A DNA stretch of 64,000 bases, taken from assembly GCA_040386535.1 (NCBI GenBank), contig JAZKFH010000013.1:352928-416927 (forward strand), given 5' to 3'. The translations under genes and the position numbers were made by a program. Positions 45,561-55,050 of this stretch are shown in pieces. Source of the DNA: Myxococcota bacterium (lineage in GTDB: Bacteria; Myxococcota_A; UBA796; SXON01). The notes beneath the pieces were generated by a model, which was not told where the DNA came from, did no database searches, and worked only from the letters and a program-made list of their open reading frames with translations. How positions within the stretch are numbered: the first letter of the stretch is position 1; every line of letters starts with the position of its first letter.

Positions 45561-48248
45561 ATGAGCACACGTATGATCAGGCCGACGTTGCAGAACCGTA
45601 CCCTCTCTCCTTTCGGTGGCGGCGCCGCCCGCGTGCTCGCGATCCTCGGGGTGCCCGCGCTCCTCGCGCTGGCGATCCCGGGGCTCTCATGGGCCCAGGA
45701 CGAGCCCGACGCCCCGAAGGAGGACGCCCCCAAGCAGGAGCGCATCCGTCCTGCGGCGGGCCCGCTCATCCCGGGGCAGCTCCCCAACGGCCCGGTCCTG
45801 CCCGGCGGCCCTCCGCCCGGCGCCCCGACCAAGGGCGCCGAGGCCGACAAGGACGCGGGCGGCGCCACGCCCGGCGGCGGCGCGACCGGCGCGGTCACCG
45901 CCAAGAAGGTGCCCTGTGTCGAGCCCTCCACCAAGGTCACGATCGATTTCGTCGACGCGCCCTTGATGGACGTGACCAAGTACATGGCCGAGATCACCTG
46001 CCGCAACTTCATCCTCGGGGACAAGCTCGAGGGCCAGGTGACCATCATCAGCCACCAGCAGGTCAGCGTCGGGGAGGCCTACGAGGCCTACCTCTCGGCG
46101 TTGGAAGTGGCGGGTTTCACGACCGTGTCCGTGGGCGGAAACACCAAGATCGTCGCCACGTCCAAGGCGTCCAACGCCCCGCTGCGTGTGTACGAAGGGG
46201 ACAACATCCCCGGCACCGACAACTTCGTCACCCAGATCATCGAGCTCGACAACGTCACGGTGAGCGACATCTCGACCGTGGTGAAGGAGCTCTCCGGCCC
46301 GAGCGCGAAGGTCATCGCGTACGCGCCGACCAACACGCTCATCCTGACGGACGCCGCCTACAACATCCGGCGCGTGTACCGCATCATCAAGCAGATGGAC
46401 GTGGCGGCCCCCCGCAGCCACCTCGAGGTCATCCCCATCCGCTTCGCCACGGCGGCCGACGTGGAGCGGATCCTCGAAGAGGTGTACGGCGTGGCCGCGG
46501 CGGCCAGCACCACCACCGCCGCCGCGGCGTCCACCCCTGCGGCCCGCCGTCGCGGTCGCGCGGCCGAGGCCGAGCCCGCCGCCACGTCGAGCGCCACCAA
46601 CGTGGGCTCCGAGGGCGCGTTCATCTCCAAGATCATCGCGGACGAGCGCACCAACTCGCTCATCCTGATGGCGAACGACGAGGCGATCGCCAAGGTCAAG
46701 GAGCTGGTTGCCCAGGTCGACGTGGACATCGATCCGTCCAGCCGCTCGCAGATCCATGTCATCTACCTCGACCATGCCAACGCCGAAGAGGTCGCCAGCG
46801 TCCTGACCAACCTGTCCCAGGGGACCGGCGGCAGCAGCGGCAGCAGCCGGAGCACGGGCACGGGTACGGCGGCGCAGCGTCGGAGCACCACCGGCGGCAC
46901 CGGCACGCAGCAGCGCGGCGGCGCCGGGAGCTTCGGCGGCGGCGCCGGCGGCTCCCAGGGCGGCGGCAACAACTTCCCTCGGCCCTTCGAGCCCGGCGGC
47001 GCGGTCGGCTCCGAGGGCGCCACCAGCGGCGTCGCGGCCGCCTTCGACAGCGGCGCGGTGCGCATCACGGCGGACGAGAACACCAACTCTTTGGTGCTGT
47101 TGGCATCCCCCGAAGATTTCCGTGTCATCAAGAGTGTCATCGATCGCTTGGACATCCCGCGCCGGCAGGTCTACGTCGAGGCCGTGGTGCTCGAGATTGG
47201 GTCGGAGGACAACCTCGACCTCGGTCTAAGCTACCACTTCGGCAAGCCGACCGCCGACGGTGGCCTGATGTACGGCCGAACGGGCTTCGGGGACGCCAAC
47301 TCCCTGTCGCTCAGCGCGGACGCCCTCTCCGGGCTCGCCATGGGCCTGCTCGGCGCGCCCATCTCGGTCGTCACGCAGACCGCCGCGGGCCCGGTGTCGC
47401 TCGAGATCCCCGCCTTCGGCGTCGCGATCAACGCGCTCGCGTCCAACTCCGCGGTCAACATCCTCTCCAACCCCAACATCCTCGTGTTGGACAACGAAGA
47501 GGCCACCATCAGCGTCGGCCGCAACGTGCCGTTTCCGGTCTCCGCCGGCCTCGACAGCAACGGAAACCAGATCCAAAGCTTCCAGCGCGAGGACGTCGGC
47601 ATCGTCCTGCAGGTGACCCCGCAGATCAACGAGAACAACTACGTCACGCTGGAGATGTCGCTCGAGGTGGCCGAGGTCGAGGAGGGTACCGGCTCCGCGG
47701 AGGACGGTGGCTTCATCACGTCCAAGCGCGAGACCGAGAACGTGGTCGTGGTCCGTGACAACCAGACCATCGTGATCGGCGGGCTCATCGGGTCCACCAC
47801 GACCGAGGGTGAGACCAAGGTCCCCATCCTCGGCGACATCCCGCTCCTCGGGGTGTTGTTCCGCGGCAAGAAGAACGTCGAGCGCAAGACCAACCTGCTC
47901 ATCTTCCTCACGCCGCACGTCATCAACGAGCCGGCCGATCTGGAAGAGGTGTACCGCGTCAAGGTCGCCCAGCGGGAGGAGTTCCTCCGGCGCTTCTACG
48001 GCAAGAGCCGCGAGGAGCAGGAAGAGGAGCTGCAGGCGATCCTGCGCGGCAGCATGAACCTCATCGACGAGCCGAGCATGTACCGCAAGAAGGCGCCGCC
48101 CAAGCCCATCGACTCGATGATCCAGGACGACGGCGGCCTCCAGCCGATCGACAGCCCCACCGGCGCCCCCGCGCCCACGCGCCTCCCGGAGCCCCAGCCC
48201 GAGCCCGAGCGCGAGCCCACGCCCGACTTCAACGAAGGGGGCGAGTAG
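45561..48248 (+). CDS. gspD: Type II secretion system secretin D
   Basis: N0 domain IDFVDAPL; N-repeats TNTLIL, DERTNSL, DENTNSL; LDIPRRQVYVEA, LQVTPQIN, KVPILGDIPLLG-LF, LLIFLTPHVI. Confidence 0.96.
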   Translation: MSTRMIRPTLQNRTLSPFGGGAARVLAILGVPALLALAIPGLSWAQDEPDAPKEDAPKQERIRPAAGPLIPGQLPNGPVLPGGPPPGAPTKGAEADKDAGGATPGGGATGAVTAKKVPCVEPSTKVTIDFVDAPLMDVTKYMAEITCRNFILGDKLEGQVTIISHQQVSVGEAYEAYLSALEVAGFTTVSVGGNTKIVATSKASNAPLRVYEGDNIPGTDNFVTQIIELDNVTVSDISTVVKELSGPSAKVIAYAPTNTLILTDAAYNIRRVYRIIKQMDVAAPRSHLEVIPIRFATAADVERILEEVYGVAAAASTTTAAAASTPAARRRGRAAEAEPAATSSATNVGSEGAFISKIIADERTNSLILMANDEAIAKVKELVAQVDVDIDPSSRSQIHVIYLDHANAEEVASVLTNLSQGTGGSSGSSRSTGTGTAAQRRSTTGGTGTQQRGGAGSFGGGAGGSQGGGNNFPRPFEPGGAVGSEGATSGVAAAFDSGAVRITADENTNSLVLLASPEDFRVIKSVIDRLDIPRRQVYVEAVVLEIGSEDNLDLGLSYHFGKPTADGGLMYGRTGFGDANSLSLSADALSGLAMGLLGAPISVVTQTAAGPVSLEIPAFGVAINALASNSAVNILSNPNILVLDNEEATISVGRNVPFPVSAGLDSNGNQIQSFQREDVGIVLQVTPQINENNYVTLEMSLEVAEVEEGTGSAEDGGFITSKRETENVVVVRDNQTIVIGGLIGSTTTEGETKVPILGDIPLLGVLFRGKKNVERKTNLLIFLTPHVINEPADLEEVYRVKVAQREEFLRRFYGKSREEQEEELQAILRGSMNLIDEPSMYRKKAPPKPIDSMIQDDGGLQPIDSPTGAPAPTRLPEPQPEPEREPTPDFNEGGE

Positions 48249-48251
48249 GCC

Positions 48252-49967
48252 ATGGCCGTCCGCCGCGCCGGGATGGAGGAGCTCCTCATCCGCTCCGGGG
48301 TCGATCCCGCGAAGATGAAGGAGGCCCGCAAGGAGGCCGAACGCTCGGGTGTGTCCCTCGTCGAGGGTGCCCAGCGGGTCAACGCGGTGTCCCCCGACGT
48401 GGCGGCGCGTTCGCTCGCGGAGATGCTCGGCCTGACCTTCCGGGACCACATCGAGCTCGACAGCATCGATGTCGAGCTGGTGCGCCCCATCTCGCTCGCG
48501 ATGGCCCGCGAGGAGGGCATCCTCCCGCTGTACCACGAGGGTGGCTTCGTGCGCGTGGCGATCGCCGAAGAGCGGTCGATGGGCCTGCTCCCCGACTTGC
48601 GCCTGCTCTACAAGAAGCCGGTGCGCCCCGTGGTCGTGCCGGCCGACGTGCTGCGCGACGCGACGAACAAGACCTACGATCGCGCCGCCCGCAGCGCCTC
48701 CGCCGTCATGGAGGAGATCCGCGAGGAGGGCGCGGGGGACGACATCGCCGACGATCTCTCCCTCAACGAGGATCTTCTCGACGATCCCAACCAGGCGCCC
48801 ATCATCCGGTTCGTCAACACGCTCCTCACCCAAGCGGTCAAGGATCGCGCGAGTGACATCCACGTCGAGCCGTTCGAGCGTGAGTTGGTCGTGCGCTTCC
48901 GGATCGACGGCGTGCTCTACGAGATCGTGAAGCCGCCTCCCAAGCTCCAGGCCTCGATCGTGAGCCGTGTCAAGATCATGGCCGGCCTGAACATCGCCGA
49001 GAAGCGCGTGCCGCAGGACGGCCGCATCCGCACCCGCTTCGCCGGCCGCGAGATCGATTTGCGTGTGAGCACCCTGCCCGTGCGCCACGGCGAGCGGGTG
49101 GTCATGCGTATCCTCGAGAAGGGGACCGTCTTCAACCTCGAGCAGATCGGCATGGCGGAGAAGACCGTCGCCGACTTCCGCCGGTTCATCCAGCGTCCGC
49201 ACGGCATCCTCCTCGTCACCGGCCCCACCGGCTCCGGAAAGACGACCACGCTCTACAGCGCGCTCGCCGAGATCAACGCCCCGGACCTGAACATCCTCAC
49301 CATCGAGGATCCGATCGAGTACGAGCTGCGTGGCATCGGCCAGACCCAGGTCAACCCCAAGATCGAGCTCACGTTCGCCTCCGCCCTGCGCGCCCACTTG
49401 CGGCAGGACCCCGACGTGATCATGGTCGGAGAGATCCGCGACAAGGAGACGGCGGACAACGCCGTCCAGGCGTCGCTCACGGGCCATCTCGTGTTCTCCA
49501 CGCTGCACACCAACGACGCGCCCACGGCCTTCTCCCGCCTCATCGACATGGGCGTGGAGCCCTTCCTCGTGTCGAGCTCGCTCATCGCCGTGCTCGCCCA
49601 GCGGCTGGTGCGGCGCTTGTGTCCCAAGTGCAAGGAGGCCTTCGAGCCCTCCGACATCGAGCTGAAGGAGGCCGGCGTGGCCCGGTCCCGCCTCGAGGGC
49701 CACACGGTGTACCGCGGCAAGGGGTGCTCCGCGTGCCTCTCCACCGGGTACAAGGGCCGGACCGGCATCTACGAACTGCTCACCGTGAGCGAGGGCGTGC
49801 GTCAGCTCGTCATGGCGGGCTCCAGCGCCGGCGTCATCCGCAAGCGCGCAATCGAGGACGGCATGGCCTCCCTCCGCGACGACGGTATCCGCGTGGTCCT
49901 CGAGGGCCGCACCTCGCTCGACGAGGTGATGCGCGTCACGCAGGAAGATTTGGTGGAGCTCGATTAG
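48252..49967 (+). CDS. gspE: Type II secretion system ATPase E
   Basis: ASDIHVEP, PQDGR, TGPTGSGKTTTLY, LRQDPDVIMVGEIRD, TLHTND, CPKC...CSAC. Confidence 0.97.
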   Translation: MAVRRAGMEELLIRSGVDPAKMKEARKEAERSGVSLVEGAQRVNAVSPDVAARSLAEMLGLTFRDHIELDSIDVELVRPISLAMAREEGILPLYHEGGFVRVAIAEERSMGLLPDLRLLYKKPVRPVVVPADVLRDATNKTYDRAARSASAVMEEIREEGAGDDIADDLSLNEDLLDDPNQAPIIRFVNTLLTQAVKDRASDIHVEPFERELVVRFRIDGVLYEIVKPPPKLQASIVSRVKIMAGLNIAEKRVPQDGRIRTRFAGREIDLRVSTLPVRHGERVVMRILEKGTVFNLEQIGMAEKTVADFRRFIQRPHGILLVTGPTGSGKTTTLYSALAEINAPDLNILTIEDPIEYELRGIGQTQVNPKIELTFASALRAHLRQDPDVIMVGEIRDKETADNAVQASLTGHLVFSTLHTNDAPTAFSRLIDMGVEPFLVSSSLIAVLAQRLVRRLCPKCKEAFEPSDIELKEAGVARSRLEGHTVYRGKGCSACLSTGYKGRTGIYELLTVSEGVRQLVMAGSSAGVIRKRAIEDGMASLRDDGIRVVLEGRTSLDEVMRVTQEDLVELD

Positions 49968-49968
49968 A

Positions 49969-51201
49969 ATGGCGGTCTACGAATACGTCGGGCTCGACGC
50001 CGGGGGCAAGTCCACCAAGGGCATCGTGGATGCGGACTCGCCGAAGACCGCGCGCGGCCGCTTGCGCAAGCAAGGCGTGTTCCCGACCGAGGTGTGGGAG
50101 AAGAAGGAGGGTGCCACCCGCGGCAGGGGCATCAACGTCGAGATCGACTTCGGGAAGTACTTCCAACGGATCTCGGTTCAGGACCTCGCCACGCTCACCT
50201 CCCAGCTCTCGACCCTCATCGGCGCGGGCATCCCCATGGTCGAGGCGCTGACCGCGTTGGTCGACCAGACGGAGAACCCCAAGCTCAAGGGGGTGCTGGT
50301 CGAGGTGCGTCAGAAGGTCAACGGCGGAACCTCGCTCGCGCGCGCGATGCGCGCCCACCCGGACGTGTTCGGGGACCTGTTCGTGAACATGGTGGACGCC
50401 GGCGAGCAGTCCGGCGCGCTCGATCTGGTGCTCACCCGCCTCACCCAGTACACCGAAAGCCAGGTGGCGCTGCGCGGCAAGCTGGTCGCCGCGATCACCT
50501 ACCCGATCCTGATGTTGGTCGTCTCCGGGGGGCTCGTCCTGGGCCTCTTCACCTTCGTCATCCCGCGGATCAAGCGGATCTTCGACAGCTTCGGGGAGGG
50601 GCTCCCGCTCATCACCACCGTGCTGTTCACGATCTCCAGCGTCGTGACCGGGTATTGGTGGCTGATCGCCATCGTGATGTTCCTCGCGGTGTGGGGCCTG
50701 CGCCGCTTCGTGCGTACTCCCAAGGGGGGGCTGTGGTGGGACCGCATGTCCCTGAAGTTGCCGGTCTTCGGAAAGATCAACCGTCTCGTGGCCGTGTCAC
50801 GTTTTTGCCGTACGCTCGCCACCTTGCTCGTCAGCGGGGTACCAATTCTCACCGCGCTCACGATCGTGCGCACGGTCGTCGGCAACGAGATCATCGCGGG
50901 CGCCATCGACGCCGCATCCCGGAACATCGCTGAGGGCCAGTCCATCGCCGTGCCGCTCAAGGCCTCCGGTCAGTTCCCGCCCATCGTGACCCACATGATC
51001 ACCATCGGCGAGAAGACGGGGGAGCTCGAGGGCATGCTCGGCAAGGTGGCGGACGCCTACGACTCCCAGGTGGAGAACACGGTCAACACCCTGACCTCGC
51101 TCCTCACCCCCATCATGACCTTGCTCATGGGCCTCGTCGTCGCCGTCATCGCCCTCGGCATCCTCCTCCCCATGCTCAACCTCTCCTCTGTCGTACGGTG
51201 A
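49969..51201 (+). CDS. gspF: Type II secretion system inner membrane protein F
   Basis: QLSTLIGAGIP, AGEQSGAL, AITYP, TLLVSGVPI, GEKTGELE. Confidence 0.96.
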   Translation: MAVYEYVGLDAGGKSTKGIVDADSPKTARGRLRKQGVFPTEVWEKKEGATRGRGINVEIDFGKYFQRISVQDLATLTSQLSTLIGAGIPMVEALTALVDQTENPKLKGVLVEVRQKVNGGTSLARAMRAHPDVFGDLFVNMVDAGEQSGALDLVLTRLTQYTESQVALRGKLVAAITYPILMLVVSGGLVLGLFTFVIPRIKRIFDSFGEGLPLITTVLFTISSVVTGYWWLIAIVMFLAVWGLRRFVRTPKGGLWWDRMSLKLPVFGKINRLVAVSRFCRTLATLLVSGVPILTALTIVRTVVGNEIIAGAIDAASRNIAEGQSIAVPLKASGQFPPIVTHMITIGEKTGELEGMLGKVADAYDSQVENTVNTLTSLLTPIMTLLMGLVVAVIALGILLPMLNLSSVVR

Positions 51202-51650
51202 AACCAATGATGCTCTCCCGCCTCTCCCGCTCCTCCCTCAGGGCCGCGGCCGCTTCCCGCAAGGGCATGTCGCTCGTCGAGATCATGGTGGTCATCGCCA
51301 TCATCGGCGTGCTCATGACGGTCATCGCCGTGAACGTGCTCGGCGCCATGGACGGCGCGAACCAGTCGGCAACCCAGATCCAGATCAAGAAGATGGAGGA
51401 GGCCCTCACCTTCTACGCCGCGAAGCACAAGGGCAAGTTCCCGAGCACGGGCGATGGCCTCGCGGCCGCGAAGAAGTACTTCCCGGACGGCGCGATCCCC
51501 ACGGACGCCTGGGGCAACGAATTCCTGTACTTCTCGCCCGGTACGCACGGCGAGAACCAGTACGAGATCATCTCCCTCGGCAAGGACGGCAAGGAAGGCG
51601 GCGCCGACTACGACCAGGACATCACCTCCTACAGCGAATTGGCAGAGTGA
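51198..51650 (+). CDS. gspG: Major pseudopilin G
   Basis: Prepilin site KG|MSLVEIMVVIAIIG; DAWGNEF...YEIISLGKDGKEGG. Confidence 0.92.
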   Translation: MKPMMLSRLSRSSLRAAAASRKGMSLVEIMVVIAIIGVLMTVIAVNVLGAMDGANQSATQIQIKKMEEALTFYAAKHKGKFPSTGDGLAAAKKYFPDGAIPTDAWGNEFLYFSPGTHGENQYEIISLGKDGKEGGADYDQDITSYSELAE

Positions 51651-51654
51651 CACG

Positions 51655-52413
51655 ATGACACCCACCCGCCGTGACCGTGCCCGGGCGCGGCGGGGAGCCC
51701 GCCGTATCAGTGGTCGATCGGGGATCTCCCTCATCGAGATCATCGTCGTCATCGCCATCATGGCCGTCGTGATGGGCATCGGCATTCCCAGCCTCTCCGC
51801 CATCTTCGACTTGCAGCAGCGCAGCGCCGCGCGGGAGCTGGCGATGACCTACAGCTTCCTCGTGAACGAGGCCTCCATGCGGAATGTCACGTTCCGCATC
51901 GCGTACAACCTCGACGCCGGCACCTATCGAATCGAAGTGGGCGATCCCAACACCCTGGTGTTCTCGGATCCCGCCAGCCGCGCCGAATTCGAGGCCGACC
52001 GGGAGAAGGAGCTCAAGAAGTTCACGAAGAAGGAGGAGGAGGAAGCGGCCGCGGAGGGCGGCGACGCGCTGGATCGTTTCTCGGGCCTCACCGCGCCGGG
52101 GTTCGAGTCCCAGGTGGAGCTGCCTTCCAACTCGATGTTCGCCTATGTGTACACGCCCCAGTACGACGAGCCGCAGGCCCCCTCGGAGGACCCGCCGGAG
52201 ACGCCGGAGGACCAGAAGATCGTGTACTCCTACGTGTTCGCGAACGGGGTCGCCGAGCACACGGTCGTCCGCATCGTGAGCATCGACGATCCCGAGGATG
52301 GCTACACCGTCGAGGTCGAGCCACTCTCCGGCAAGGTGTCGATGGAGAACGAGGCCACCGACATCGGGGCCAACATGGCGTGGCTCCCGAGCGAGGCCCC
52401 GGACTACCGGTGA
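51655..52413 (+). CDS. gspH: Minor pseudopilin H
   Basis: SG|ISLIEIIVVIAIMA, YTVEVEPLSGKV; position after gspG. Confidence 0.85.
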   Translation: MTPTRRDRARARRGARRISGRSGISLIEIIVVIAIMAVVMGIGIPSLSAIFDLQQRSAARELAMTYSFLVNEASMRNVTFRIAYNLDAGTYRIEVGDPNTLVFSDPASRAEFEADREKELKKFTKKEEEEAAAEGGDALDRFSGLTAPGFESQVELPSNSMFAYVYTPQYDEPQAPSEDPPETPEDQKIVYSYVFANGVAEHTVVRIVSIDDPEDGYTVEVEPLSGKVSMENEATDIGANMAWLPSEAPDYR

Positions 52414-53084
52414 CACCCCTCCCGCCCTCGCTGCCACGGGCCCGCGCCGGCTTCACCCTCCTCGAGGTCGTGATCGCGCTCGCCATCCTCGCGATCGGCC
52501 TGACCGTGCTGGTGGACTCGCAGTCCATGGCCGTGTTCATGACGATCGACGCGGGGAAGACGCTGACGGGCACCTACCTCGCGCAGGAGAAGATGGCCGA
52601 GGCGATGCTCCGCCTGGAGTCGGAGGGCTTCCGCGAGGGCGACATCGACGAGGAGGGCGACTTCTCCGAGTTCGGCATGACCGACGCGATGGGGGATGCC
52701 CCGGACTTCGGAGACAGCTTCGAGGGCTACGAGTGGGCCTACACCATCCGCGAGGTGGACATCCAGGTGGGTGACATCGCGGGCGCGGCCGACGAATTGG
52801 AAGGCATGGGCGGGCTCGGCGGAAAGGACAAGGAAGAGAGCGACGACGCCCCCGAGCAGCGGGACCTGATGGACGCCGGCTTGCAGCCGGACATGCTCTC
52901 CGAAATGCTCCGCCCCTACATCCGGGAGGTGCGTGTCCTGGTGTGGTGGGGCGAGGAGGCCCCCGATCTGGAGGAGGGGTGTGACGAGTGCATCGAGCTC
53001 GTGTCCCACGTGATCAACCCCTCGGGGAAGCTCCAGCTCCCTGGCGGTTCGAGCGGCACGGGCAGCACGGACGACGGCAAGTGA
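52410..53084 (+). CDS. gspI: Minor pseudopilin I
   Basis: AG|FTLLEVVIALAIL, LAQEKM, IREVRVLVWW. Confidence 0.85.
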   Translation: MTPLPPSLPRARAGFTLLEVVIALAILAIGLTVLVDSQSMAVFMTIDAGKTLTGTYLAQEKMAEAMLRLESEGFREGDIDEEGDFSEFGMTDAMGDAPDFGDSFEGYEWAYTIREVDIQVGDIAGAADELEGMGGLGGKDKEESDDAPEQRDLMDAGLQPDMLSEMLRPYIREVRVLVWWGEEAPDLEEGCDECIELVSHVINPSGKLQLPGGSSGTGSTDDGK

Positions 53085-53797
53085 GCGCCACCCATCCCGC
53101 GCGCGCGTCCCGGGGCGGCTTCACGCTGCTCGAGGTCATCGTCGCCTTGGCGGTGTTCGCGATCATCGCCGGGCTCACGTTCGGCACCATCGCGAGCGCG
53201 CTCAACACGCGCGACATGCTCGAGGCCGACGACGCGGTGAACCAATCCGCCCGCATCGCCATCTCGCGCATCCGCCGCGACCTGTCGCTCGCCTACCTCA
53301 CGACCAACACGGGCGCGGTCAACACCTACCAGACCCTGTTCATCGCGCACGACAAGAACCCCGACCAACTCTGGTTCGCCTCGCTCACCCACCAGCGCCT
53401 GTACCGGGGCGCCCGCGAGAGCGACCAGACCGAGATCACCTACTGGACGGAGGACGATCCCGACACGTCCGGCGCCCTGGTGCTCTTGCGGCGCGAGGCC
53501 CCGCGGATCGACAACTATCCCGAGCGGGACGGCACGATCGCGCCCCTCGCGTACGACGTGACGGCGTTCGACGTGCGGTTCCTCGACTCCCAGACCAACG
53601 AGTGGCGGGAGGAGTGGGACACCACCGGCATCGACACACCCAATCGTCTGCCGCGCGCCGCCCAGGTGTCCCTCACGTTGCTCGCGCCCGATCCGGAGGA
53701 CGCGGAGAAGACGGTCGAACGCTCCTGGGCCACCACGGTGATGCTCGAATTCGCGCCGCGCCTCACGCCCAAGGACCCCACGCAGGACGAAGAATGA
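53081..53797 (+). CDS. gspJ: Minor pseudopilin J
   Basis: GG|FTLLEVIVALAVF, RIRRDLS, ESDQTEITY, WREEWD, LPRAAQV. Confidence 0.88.
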   Translation: MSATHPARASRGGFTLLEVIVALAVFAIIAGLTFGTIASALNTRDMLEADDAVNQSARIAISRIRRDLSLAYLTTNTGAVNTYQTLFIAHDKNPDQLWFASLTHQRLYRGARESDQTEITYWTEDDPDTSGALVLLRREAPRIDNYPERDGTIAPLAYDVTAFDVRFLDSQTNEWREEWDTTGIDTPNRLPRAAQVSLTLLAPDPEDAEKTVERSWATTVMLEFAPRLTPKDPTQDEE

Positions 53798-55041
53798 GCG
53801 CGCGCCCTGCCAATGGTTTCGTGCGGAACGGTTTCGCGCGTACCGGCCTCCCCGCGCGTCCCGCCGCCGGTGGCCGGGGCCGTCGCCGTGGGGATCGGCG
53901 CGGCATCGCGCTCATCGTGGTGATCGGGACAATCATGTTCCTCACCGCGCTGGTCACCGACATCAGCTTCGGCTCGCGCATCCGTTTCCTCACCGCCGTG
54001 CACGAACGGGACGAGGCCAAGGCGTATTGGTTGAGCGTCACCGGCGTGAACCTGTACCGGCTCGTGTTGCTCGCCAACAAGCAGATGGGTGACAACCCCC
54101 TGCTCCAGGAGCTGGGCCTCGGCGACTCCTTGTGGCAGACCCTCCCGTTCATCAACACGGGCCTGCTTCGCATGTTCATCTCGTCCGACGGGAACCTCGA
54201 CGAGGACGAGGTCTCCGAGTTCGAACAGACGGGGGAGGTGAGCGACGAGGTGCGCGAGGAGAGCGCGGAGGCGACCACACGCTTCGGCAGCCGGGCCTTC
54301 CTCGACTTCGACGGCGACTTCATGGCGGCGGTGACCGGCGAGGAGTGTGGCATCAACGTCAACCGCCTCGCCTCCCGCGACGCCGACACCCGCCCGGAGG
54401 ACACCACCACCGGCAAGCAGCTCCTGGGCCTCATGAGCGGCGAGGAGAACGACGCGTGGCTGCGCGAGCGCAACCTCGAGCGCCTCGATCTGATCGGCAA
54501 CCTCGCCGACTGGGTCGACGCGGACACGAACGTCGCGAGCGGGAAGGGTGGGTACGAGGACGACTTCTACAACTCCCAGCCCCAGCCCTACCTCGCCAAG
54601 AACGCCCGCTTCGACACGCGGACCGAGCTGCGCCTGGTCGAGGGCTGGCAGGACGACGTGTACGACCGCTGGGCGGCGCAGCTGACCATCTACGGCAACG
54701 GCAAGATCAACATCACCTGCGCCGACGACGTCGTCATGGCGGGTCTGTTGCAGGCGCACCTCACGCCGCGCCCCACCGACTCCGAGGTGGGCGTGATCAT
54801 CGGGCTGGTGCGCGAGTACATGGCCACCGCCTCGTTCAAGAAGGGGTCCGAGTTCGTGGACTACCTCAAGAACCAGGGCTACTCGCCGAGCGACGAGCTC
54901 GCCGCCGAGGTCGGCATCAAGACGAACGTCTTCACGATCACGAGCACGGGCACGGTGGGGGACGCCACCGTCCAGATCACCGCCGTGGTCGATTACACCT
55001 CCTCCAGTGGCGGCACGGTCCTCTACTGGCGAGTGGATTAG
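53794..55041 (+). CDS. gspK: Minor pseudopilin K
   Basis: RG|IALIVVI (no E5), INVN, DWVDAD, KNARFDT-ELRLVEG, KINI. Confidence 0.9.
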   Translation: MSARPANGFVRNGFARTGLPARPAAGGRGRRRGDRRGIALIVVIGTIMFLTALVTDISFGSRIRFLTAVHERDEAKAYWLSVTGVNLYRLVLLANKQMGDNPLLQELGLGDSLWQTLPFINTGLLRMFISSDGNLDEDEVSEFEQTGEVSDEVREESAEATTRFGSRAFLDFDGDFMAAVTGEECGINVNRLASRDADTRPEDTTTGKQLLGLMSGEENDAWLRERNLERLDLIGNLADWVDADTNVASGKGGYEDDFYNSQPQPYLAKNARFDTRTELRLVEGWQDDVYDRWAAQLTIYGNGKINITCADDVVMAGLLQAHLTPRPTDSEVGVIIGLVREYMATASFKKGSEFVDYLKNQGYSPSDELAAEVGIKTNVFTITSTGTVGDATVQITAVVDYTSSSGGTVLYWRVD

Positions 55042-55050
55042 GGGCGCGCC